Assembly: GCA_050013255.1 (NCBI GenBank)
Contig: JBEKFP010000001.1
Span: forward strand, 736,001 to 800,000
Direction: 5' to 3'
Length of the DNA: 64,000 nt
Source of the DNA: Candidatus Bathyarchaeia archaeon
GTDB lineage: Archaea; Thermoproteota; Bathyarchaeia; 40CM-2-53-6
A program made the position numbers and the translations under genes. The notes beneath the pieces were generated by a model. That model was not told the DNA's origin. It did not search any database and worked only from the letters and a program-made list of their open reading frames with translations. Positions 56,518-64,000 of the stretch are shown piece after piece. Each line of letters opens with the position of its first letter. Position 1 is the stretch's first letter.

Positions 56518-59355
56518 TCAGATTCTGGTTTGCAGTCTCTTCGCGGCCTTAGCTGAGGTCAGTGCGGCGGATAGGAAGAGTGTTGAGAGCACGACTGTTG
56601 CTGAGGATATCATGAGAACTAATGGGGAAGCCAGAATTTCACCTAGAAGAAGACCTGTCAATCCGCCAAGTAAGCTAATGTCTAAGAGCTTTTGGAGTAG
56701 GTTTTGTGTTTTCAACCCGCGGAGGCGGCGGAATCTGACTCTAAGCAGGCTAAGTGGTAAGCCCAGGTAGAAGGCGCCAATTAGGCTGCTCGCCAACAGT
56801 CCTGAGAGGAGAGCTGCTAGTTCTGGGTAGGCGGATGTCGCCGAGAATAGGTTTGATGTTAAGTAGAGGATTCCTATCAACGGGTACAATACGCCTTTCA
56901 TGATCATTCTTTCGACCCAGTGGTTCGTCAAGTAAACTGCTACGTGGGGGCTGAAGGAATAGTACCACGCGTTGAAGGCTACCATGAAGTTCGAGCCCGA
57001 CTGCGTCCTCATGATTTGGCGGTCGCGGAAGTTGCGCAACAGCTGAACCTCAGGCGCTAGCTCGGAACCGAATGTTGCCGTCGCAATAATACAGGTCGGG
57101 GCGGTAGGCGTCGTGGTAGTGCTTATTGCTGCTGCCGAAATTGTCACTCCAAGATTAACGGTGTGGCTTAACAGGCCATTCGCCCCTGTGACTGCGAGGG
57201 TGAAGGAGCCTGTTGACGCCGTAGCCGAAGCGCTGATTGTTAGTGTTGATGAGGAGCTCGATCCGGAGGGTGGGGTAACCGGACCAGGCAAACTGATCGA
57301 TACACCTGAAGGAGCTGTTCCTATCCAGGAGTAGGTTAGGGCGACCGCTGAGCTAAACCCGTTGGTCGACCCTACGGTGATAGTCGATGTGCCACTACTG
57401 CCCTGGGTTACTCCTATTGTGCCTGGGATTCCGCTGATCGTGAAGTCCGGCGTAACCATGATAGTCAACGTGAAAGACTGTGAGTGGCTAAGACTTCCAC
57501 TGGTGCCTGTGATCGTTATACTCGCGGACGATGCCGGCGTTCCGGGGTCAATGCTCACAGTCGCAACAGACGTAACCGATCCGCCCGGTGGAGGCGTTAC
57601 AGGGTTTGATGAAAACGAAGCGTGCACACCAGACGGCAATGATCCTGCATTCAGGTTCACGGCCGAGTTGAACGTGCCCACTGAGGCAATTGTAACGGTG
57701 TCCGTTGCCGAGCTTCCAGATCCGACCGTTAGGCTTGATGAGCTGAGGGATAGTGAGAAATCTGCTCCGGAGGTAACCGTAAGCACAAAGCTTGTTGTGT
57801 GTGTTATCGAACCGTCTGTCCCGCTCACTGTAATGGTGGCTGGTCCCAGAGCAACGCTTGATCCAACATTGACCGTAAGCGTTGATGACGCGCTTCCTGA
57901 GGATGGGATATTGATTGGATTGGTGCTAAAAGTGGAGAATGTGACGCCAGAAGGAACGGGGCCCGTAACGGATAACGTCACCGCCCCAGAATATCCGAGC
58001 AAGCTTGAACCAGTAATCGAAATGGAGTTCGATGCGCCTTGCGCTATTGAAATTGAACCTGGACTGGCGTTTAGGCCAAAATCAGGTTGAGTTAGTGTCA
58101 GTTTCGCGATCTTGTTGCCGTTAGACTCAGCGATCCAAACCGCGCCACTAGAATCAACAACCATATCGTGAGGACCACTGGTAGGATTCAAGGCCCATTC
58201 AGTGAAAGCGCCAGTTTGCAAACCGGTATTACTAGCTGACGTGGCTCCAACGGAGTTGGTTGTCGGCGCAATCGGGCCCAATACAGCAGGAGTGACGGTG
58301 TTAACTCCACCCGCATAAGCTGCGGTCGTTGGAGAAACGCCCGTAAGGGATCCCCCCGTGGAAGGGTCGAGCACAGCAACCTTCGCTGCTCCCGAACCTG
58401 CATGCGCATACTCTGCGAACCAAGGTTGTTGGGTCGCGGGGTTCATGCCAATGCCCCGCACATCGGCACCGACTGAGGGGACCTGCCAATCCTTAAACGC
58501 GTTCAGATTCTGAAGTACACCGACGTAATTATTCGGGTCGGCGGCATTGCTACCGACACCTTGGGTATACCATATCTGCCCAAGCGTGTCGGCGGTAAGA
58601 TAGGCTCCATGTGAAGAGCCATGTGTCGGCAGCGCAAACATACTGTATGCACTTGGAAGGTTTGATCGGTCAAAGCGAGTGAGCGCGGCAGCACCGGCAA
58701 ACCAAATTATCCCAGACCCAGCGTAGAGGCCGTTCGCTATTCCACCGACCGCGCCCGGGAACGTGTCCTCAAAAATCTGCGCGGTCGGCTGGGCTAGATC
58801 ATATACTAGTTCACCCCACGCGTTTCTTGTGGCTTCGGTGAACCATGCCCTCGTTTGTCCCGAACCGCCGGGTTCAATTGACACTTCTTCAGGGAGTGAG
58901 CCCCCATTAGGAAGCGCGTATTCTTTGATGATTCCCGTTGCCGGGAAGAAGACGAACATCTTGTTGCCATTGCCTTCAGCTCCAATAATAGCCGTTTGAG
59001 ATGCTATCGTCGCCGCAGCCATGCCGAGCGGCAGTGAATTTGCTGTGGGAATGATCCACTCCTGAAAAGTGTTGGATGCCGGATCAAGGTGTGCAATTTT
59101 ATTGGCGAATGACTCTGCAAACCAGCAGCAATTCCCAGATGGATCGAGAATAATACTATAGGGGCCGCTGTTAGCTGTTGGAATAGTCCATTCGCTCAGT
59201 GTCGCTGCTGTCGAGGGTGCAAAGACTGGTTGGATGAGGGGCTTGGGGATTCCTACGAAGGAAATTGAAAGTAGGAATATGGACAAAACCATCAATGACT
59301 TGAGAATTCTTCGACTTCGGACGGCATGCTTAGCAGTGTTGAAACTTAAGGCCAA
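56518..59355 (-). CDS. Surface protein: Vgb-like beta-propeller + three Ig-like repeats + CFI-box-CTERM
   Basis: EW.IPT..S.P blades and WF.E...NKI; (P/A)DF.(L/I) Ig repeats x3; CIIATATFGSELAPEVQLLRNFRD...FNAWYYSFSP. Confidence 0.85.
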   Translation of the reverse strand: MALSFNTAKHAVRSRRILKSLMVLSIFLLSISFVGIPKPLIQPVFAPSTAATLSEWTIPTANSGPYSIILDPSGNCCWFAESFANKIAHLDPASNTFQEWIIPTANSLPLGMAAATIASQTAIIGAEGNGNKMFVFFPATGIIKEYALPNGGSLPEEVSIEPGGSGQTRAWFTEATRNAWGELVYDLAQPTAQIFEDTFPGAVGGIANGLYAGSGIIWFAGAAALTRFDRSNLPSAYSMFALPTHGSSHGAYLTADTLGQIWYTQGVGSNAADPNNYVGVLQNLNAFKDWQVPSVGADVRGIGMNPATQQPWFAEYAHAGSGAAKVAVLDPSTGGSLTGVSPTTAAYAGGVNTVTPAVLGPIAPTTNSVGATSASNTGLQTGAFTEWALNPTSGPHDMVVDSSGAVWIAESNGNKIAKLTLTQPDFGLNASPGSISIAQGASNSISITGSSLLGYSGAVTLSVTGPVPSGVTFSTFSTNPINIPSSGSASSTLTVNVGSSVALGPATITVSGTDGSITHTTSFVLTVTSGADFSLSLSSSSLTVGSGSSATDTVTIASVGTFNSAVNLNAGSLPSGVHASFSSNPVTPPPGGSVTSVATVSIDPGTPASSASITITGTSGSLSHSQSFTLTIMVTPDFTISGIPGTIGVTQGSSGTSTITVGSTNGFSSAVALTYSWIGTAPSGVSISLPGPVTPPSGSSSSSTLTISASATASTGSFTLAVTGANGLLSHTVNLGVTISAAAISTTTTPTAPTCIIATATFGSELAPEVQLLRNFRDRQIMRTQSGSNFMVAFNAWYYSFSPHVAVYLTNHWVERMIMKGVLYPLIGILYLTSNLFSATSAYPELAALLSGLLASSLIGAFYLGLPLSLLRVRFRRLRGLKTQNLLQKLLDISLLGGLTGLLLGEILASPLVLMISSATVVLSTLFLSAALTSAKAAKRLQTRI

Positions 59356-59510
59356 GGCTAGAACACAACTACCTACTCTATTTCAAACTGTAAGTATTTC
59401 ATGCTTTCTACGCCGATCCCAGCTTCATCCATGGGTTTAGCTGTTTGGAGGCAAATGTTCCTACGCGAACTACACAATCCCTGTAAAAGCAGCGAGAGCC
59501 ACGACAATGC

Positions 59511-60539
59511 CTAGTATCGTTCAATATCCAATTTCCTCCCGCGAGTCAAAATTGTCACATCTCTACCGGACGTCACGCATCCCACTTGTTTGGCTTCAGG
59601 CAGTATTTCGCTCACGTGTTTTGCCCCACGTTTTGGGCATATGATGAGGAATCCGATTCCCATGTTGAAGGTTCTGTACATTTCACGCTTAGATATGTGT
59701 CCCTTTGCCTGTATCCTCCTGAAGATGTATGACGGTTCCGGAAGGTTATCTAGGCAGAAACCAACTTTTGCTCGAATTCCAATTCTCTTGAGCTTCGTAT
59801 ACGCGCCGCCCGTTATGTGTGCGAGCCCATGGATTTCGACGCCTGCCCTTAAGAGGTTCGAAATCGTTTTCACGTAGATTCGGGTTGGACGCAACAGTTC
59901 CCTCGCAACCCTGGAGCCAGCTTTGGGGGTGAGGAGGAGTTTCCTGGCCAATGTGAGTCCGTTACAGTGTATCCCACTGCTACGTAATCCAAGAATTACA
60001 TCGCCAACCTTCGCGTTCTCGCCAGTGATGACAGCACTCTTTCTCACGATCCCGACCACTGCCGCGGACAAATCGAAGCTTTCCACAATTTCTGGTACGA
60101 TTGCGGTTTCACCCGCGACAATCGCCACCCCGGCCTCCCGGGCGCCTTTTTGCAACCCCTTCATTATGTCCATGACCAGTCTCGGGCGGGGTCTCTCAAT
60201 CGCCAAGTAGTCGACGAGGGCCAGTGGCTCGGCGCCGAGGCAGATTATATCGTTCACGTTCATTGCAACGCAGTCGATGCCAATGGTATCGTACTTGCGG
60301 TATGTTTCGGCAACGAGAGCTTTTGTCCCAACGCCGTCCGCATGTAGCGCCAGCGCGTAGTCTTTGCTGATTTCTATTAGGCCCGCGTAGTGCTCACGAA
60401 CCCCAATAACTCTTCCCAGCTTTCCTCTCCTAGTCTGAAATGTTCTTGAAAGTATTTTTTCGATGCGCTGCTGTATATCAGCAATCTTGGCTACGTCAAC
60501 GCCGGCTTCTGCATAGGTACGGGGCGACTGGGTGCACTC
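59511..60539 (-). CDS. purM: Phosphoribosylformylglycinamidine cyclo-ligase (AIR synthetase); no in-frame start at the expected N-terminus
   Basis: Hand translation upstream of the ORF-track start gives TYAEAGVD, DGVGTK, GIDCVAMNVND; also GETA, SSGIH.NG, HITGG, TFNMGIG. Confidence 0.9.
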   Translation of the reverse strand, partial: ECTQSPRTYAEAGVDVAKIADIQQRIEKILSRTFQTRRGKLGRVIGVREHYAGLIEISKDYALALHADGVGTKALVAETYRKYDTIGIDCVAMNVNDIICLGAEPLALVDYLAIERPRPRLVMDIMKGLQKGAREAGVAIVAGETAIVPEIVESFDLSAAVVGIVRKSAVITGENAKVGDVILGLRSSGIHCNGLTLARKLLLTPKAGSRVARELLRPTRIYVKTISNLLRAGVEIHGLAHITGGAYTKLKRIGIRAKVGFCLDNLPEPSYIFRRIQAKGHISKREMYRTFNMGIGFLIICPKRGAKHVSEILPEAKQVGCVTSGRDVTILTRGRKLDIERY

Positions 60540-60935
60540 TCATTTTGGCACGTCTAGAATTCTCTTGGCGAGATGAGCTGCGTTCTCAGCTGCGTCTATT
60601 CCAACGGCACAAACTGGAACGCCCCGCGGCATCTGGACGATGGACAAGAGCGAATCTAAACCTCCCAACGCCTTGTTCACCGGTACTCCGATCACAGGCC
60701 GCTCAGTCCGAGAGGCTATGTAACCCGGCAAGTGCGCTGCGAGACCGGCGATGGCTATGAAAACCTTAGCCCCACTTGATGCAATGTATTCGTCAAGTTC
60801 CTTGTGATTCCTGTGAGCGGACAGAATCTGAGTTTCATGGGTAACGCCGAGCGAATCGAGTGTTTCCTCAGCGCGTTTGGCGACATCCAGATCACTCTTG
60901 GAACCTATCACTATTGAAACCGCAGCGCCGGCCAT
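60540..60935 (-). CDS. purE: N5-CAIR mutase / AIR carboxylase
   Basis: [37 protein letters not shown]. Confidence 0.95.
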   Translation of the reverse strand: MAGAAVSIVIGSKSDLDVAKRAEETLDSLGVTHETQILSAHRNHKELDEYIASSGAKVFIAIAGLAAHLPGYIASRTERPVIGVPVNKALGGLDSLLSIVQMPRGVPVCAVGIDAAENAAHLAKRILDVPK

Positions 60936-60947
60936 GCTGATGACACC

Positions 60948-61700
60948 TCAAGTAGACGATTCGAGCAAACGCTCGTTTCTCAACCCGGCTTGATAATTAA
61001 TGAATGCTTCCTGCCTTCTATTCCACCGTTCCAGCCAACCCCCACTCAAATCAATCATCGCCTTTCCATCCCGGACGGCGATTCGTCCGTCGGTGTGAAG
61101 TTGGATCGCTTTAGGGTAAGTCCGGTGTTCTTGGATCAATATTCGCTCAGCTAGGGCTTCGGGCGTATCACCTGGTTCAACCGAGACGGCGCTCTGAAGA
61201 ATAATCGGGCCTCGATCCACGCTTTCGTCAACATAATGCACAGTGCACCCGGACTCCGTCTGGCCGGCGTCCAGCACAGCCGCGTGAACGTGCTTCCCAA
61301 ACATTCCAGCGCCGCCGAACCTCACCAAATCTTTCGCGGGGTGGATGTTCATTATTCGAAACCTGTACGCCTCCACAATTCTCGGGCCGAGGACCTGCAT
61401 GAAACCTGCCAGGGCAACAAGGTCAATTTGATGTTCCTTCAAAATCCCCACCGCCCTTTCGTCGAATTCATTCCGCGCCTTCTCTTTATCATGCTTGGAC
61501 GCGAATTTCCTACGGTACACTCCTTCAATGATGACGTTTGGGATTGAATCTTCTCTCGCGATCTGAACCACTGGCGCATTGGAATCATTCGTCACGAGCA
61601 AACTAACCTCAATATTTTGCAAAATACCAAGCCTTGCGTGATCTGCGATGGCTCTGAAGTTTGAGCCGCGTCCGGATGCGAAGACGGCTAGGTGTCTCAT
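60948..61700 (-). CDS. purN: Phosphoribosylglycinamide formyltransferase (formyl-folate-dependent)
   Basis: ASGRGSNF, LAGFM, NIHP, SGCTVHYV...VD.GPII.Q, EH. Confidence 0.93.
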   Translation of the reverse strand: MRHLAVFASGRGSNFRAIADHARLGILQNIEVSLLVTNDSNAPVVQIAREDSIPNVIIEGVYRRKFASKHDKEKARNEFDERAVGILKEHQIDLVALAGFMQVLGPRIVEAYRFRIMNIHPAKDLVRFGGAGMFGKHVHAAVLDAGQTESGCTVHYVDESVDRGPIILQSAVSVEPGDTPEALAERILIQEHRTYPKAIQLHTDGRIAVRDGKAMIDLSGGWLERWNRRQEAFINYQAGLRNERLLESST

Positions 61701-63088
61701 GCGATTCCCATGTCCAGCGCATTAACGATCGAAGGCGCTGCGCCGATGCCTTTTACATGTTCCATGCGTTTTCGAATCAGGTCCGCCGTCCCTATGTCGC
61801 GCCTGTGTCTTAATGCGCCTTGTACGTGACGTGTTGCTGTTTCGGCGATTTCTTCGGCGGCGATTAACGTGTCCGCAATTCCCAGAACGGCTATTGTCCT
61901 AGACGCTGTCGTGACTAGGTGACCATCCTTCAGGTCGACACTCGCGTAGAAGAAGCCTGCATTCTGTTCCACCATCGCTTTCTCGTCGACGCTGATAGGC
62001 TGCCCGGCGGCTGCGTTTTGCGGATATCCTGCTGGGACAATGTACTTGCAGACCGTGGCTTTTTCTTCGAAGGAGATGTTCTTGGGTTTCAATTTTCCCT
62101 CCGCTATTCGCTCACACACCCGCAAGAAGTTCGTTTCTTCCGAGAGTAAGGGTAGAACGTTCATGGCTTCTGGGTCGCCGAAGCGGCAATTGAATTCGAT
62201 AAGTTTCGGGGTTGGCTTTTCCTCGTGGAGGCTTCGGGCAAGCATGAATTGCGCGTACAACACTCCTCTGTAATCCTCCCCAGTCTCGTTCTTCAGAGCG
62301 TGAACAACGTCCGTCATAATCGTGCAGCTTGCTTCGTAGGTCTCCTGCGAAACGAAGGGTAGCAGGTGGTCACGGTCGCTGTAGCTTCCCATCCCGCCAG
62401 TGTTTGGCCCAGAATCATTCTCGTAAGCCCGCTTGTGGTCTTGAACGAGGGGCATTACGAGCACATTATGGCCGTCGACGAAAGCTTGGAGGGAATATTC
62501 TTCTCCGTCTAGGCGTTCTTCGACGACAAGTTTCTGGGAGCCACCAATCTTGTATCGGAGGATTTCTCTGGCGTATTCAATTTCAGCCTCCTTGCTCGGA
62601 AGGTCTACTCCGCTGACTTTGACTCCTTTCCCTCCCGTGAGCCCTGCTGGCTTAATGGCCACAGGCCCGAATGTTCTGAGGAAGCCTTCCGCTTCCTTAG
62701 GGTTGTTGAAAACACGATAGAGAGGGTTGCCGGATATTCCGTATTTGGTCAGAAGTTCCCGGCAGAAACCTTTGTCGCCCTCAATGGATGCAAGCCTCCG
62801 GGTCGGTCCCACACAGCTAACGCCGAGTTCGGTTAGGGCGTCAACTACTCCGTTGACGAGCGGTGCCTCTGGCCCAACGACGGCCAATTCGACTCCTGCC
62901 CGTTTCGCGTAGTCCGAAACTGCTCGTGGGTCGCTGATTTGTAGGAATGAGACGCCCTTAGAGAGTTTCATTATGCCCGGGTTGTGGGAATTCATTGCAG
63001 CATACAAGTCAACCTCGGCTGCTTTGGTGAGTGCTGAGGCTATGGCGTGTTCCCTAGCCCCGGATCCGACCAGCAGAACGTGGGTCAC
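61697..63088 (-). CDS. purD: Phosphoribosylamine--glycine ligase
   Basis: GSGAREHA, GPEAPL, GKGV, QDHKR, GPNTGGMG, EFNCRFGDPE; GTG start at 63088 overlaps the purF stop. Confidence 0.95.
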   Translation of the reverse strand: MTHVLLVGSGAREHAIASALTKAAEVDLYAAMNSHNPGIMKLSKGVSFLQISDPRAVSDYAKRAGVELAVVGPEAPLVNGVVDALTELGVSCVGPTRRLASIEGDKGFCRELLTKYGISGNPLYRVFNNPKEAEGFLRTFGPVAIKPAGLTGGKGVKVSGVDLPSKEAEIEYAREILRYKIGGSQKLVVEERLDGEEYSLQAFVDGHNVLVMPLVQDHKRAYENDSGPNTGGMGSYSDRDHLLPFVSQETYEASCTIMTDVVHALKNETGEDYRGVLYAQFMLARSLHEEKPTPKLIEFNCRFGDPEAMNVLPLLSEETNFLRVCERIAEGKLKPKNISFEEKATVCKYIVPAGYPQNAAAGQPISVDEKAMVEQNAGFFYASVDLKDGHLVTTASRTIAVLGIADTLIAAEEIAETATRHVQGALRHRRDIGTADLIRKRMEHVKGIGAAPSIVNALDMGIA

Positions 63089-64000
63089 TGCTCCGTCTCC
63101 CAATACCTTACGTTCTGAGGCTTAACGCGCGTCTCGTCCGCGATTTTCTGGGCTAGGGGGGTCGGGTATACGCCTGTTAGGCATGCCAGACACGTCTCGT
63201 GTTTCGGGAATCCAATTGCACCTATCAGGCCATCTATAGTCTGGTAGCAGAGTTCATCAGCGCCTACGATTCGTCGGATCTCATCCACGGATCTTGCCGA
63301 GGCGATGAGTTCTGAGTGAGTTGGCATGTCGATTCCGTAGAAGCACGGTGATTTGATTGGTGGGCAGGTAACCCAGACTTCGACGCGGCTTGCGCCCGCT
63401 TCTTTGAGTAGGTTCACAATCTTCTTCATCGTGGTTCCGCGAACGATACTGTCGTCAACTAGGAGAACATTCTTGCCTTCCACGACCCTACGAACCGCGT
63501 TGAGCTTCAGTTGGACCGCGTTATCTCTGCCTTCTTGGTGGGGCATAATGAACGTCCTACCTACGTACCGGTTCTTGATCAGGCCTTCGAAGACTGGTAT
63601 GCCAGTCTCACGTGAGATTCCTTCTGCTGCAGGCCGCGCCGTGTCGGGGACTGGTACGATTACGTCTGCGTGAGTCTTGTATGTGTGCGCAAGGTTTCTG
63701 CCCAGTCTTACTCGGACCGAATACACGTCCTTGCCGTCGATCGTTGAATCGGGTCGGCTGAAATAAACATACTCGAACATGCAACGCGCGTGACTGGTCT
63801 GGGCCTTCAGTTCTCTTCTGATGAGCGTTTCGTTTTTCCTTGCAATGACAAGTTCTCCAGGTTTCACGTCCCAGTGGTCGCGTATGCCGTTTATGTCGAG
63901 GGCGACCGTTTCGGAGGCGAACATGAAGAGCCCGCCGTTTGCTCCGTAGCAGAGCGGCCGAAAACCTTCAGGATCTCTGAAGGCAATGAGCTCGCCGTTG
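63085..64000 (-). CDS. purF: Amidophosphoribosyltransferase, 3' part (5' end outside window)
   Basis: C.FEYVYFSRPDS, VPVPD, NRYVGRTFI.P, VDDSIVRGTT, PCFYGID. Confidence 0.95.
   Translation of the reverse strand, partial: NGELIAFRDPEGFRPLCYGANGGLFMFASETVALDINGIRDHWDVKPGELVIARKNETLIRRELKAQTSHARCMFEYVYFSRPDSTIDGKDVYSVRVRLGRNLAHTYKTHADVIVPVPDTARPAAEGISRETGIPVFEGLIKNRYVGRTFIMPHQEGRDNAVQLKLNAVRRVVEGKNVLLVDDSIVRGTTMKKIVNLLKEAGASRVEVWVTCPPIKSPCFYGIDMPTHSELIASARSVDEIRRIVGADELCYQTIDGLIGAIGFPKHETCLACLTGVYPTPLAQKIADETRVKPQNVRYWETEQ

Noticed and set aside
57113-58090. Long plus-strand ORFs (73 and 242 aa)
   Set aside because: Antisense shadows of the Ser/Thr/Gly-rich Ig repeats of 56518..59355
60537-60542. 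Selenocysteine at the purE/purM TGA
   Set aside because: It falls in an inter-domain linker, not a catalytic Cys position; no SECIS or Sec machinery is identifiable in the window

Overview
Archaeal chromosomal window, probably TACK (Bathyarchaeia-like; inference). The archaeal call rests on a BHB-intron tRNA, Aeropyrum-type mevalonate genes, GAPN and CFI-box-CTERM surface proteins. Layout: (1) 1-7.9 kb, a cell-surface locus with Thr/Val-rich stalk paralogues, an 11x disulfide-paired Ig-like repeat protein and a passenger-less CFI-box-CTERM protein. (2) A ubiX-ubiD-aconitase X operon (modified mevalonate pathway), then acs. (3) A ubiquitin-like MoaD/SAMP plus BNR beta-propeller pair, glyoxylate/serine enzymes, and a PSTK/PNK-like kinase next to a two-intron tRNA-Ser(CGA). 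(4) An ABC transporter with two ATPases and no adjacent binding protein. (5) An APC permease divergent from a nucleotidyltransferase-fold + metallophosphoesterase + PuuE-like deacetylase operon, the best candidate for an uncharacterised system. (6) An accessory stretch at 34.2-36.2 kb with three copies of a dispersed motif separating single genes. (7) pepC, bcp, gapN, an acyl-CoA ligase/acs/satP operon, an effector-less STAND-TPR protein, malic enzyme, a CxxC-less TrxB homologue, gndA and a Vgb-like surface protein. (8) A purF-purD-purN-purE-purM operon in which purM has no in-frame start codon. Two genes appear to start with CTG, and TTG starts are very common. All family calls come from motif recognition by eye; no database searches were run.
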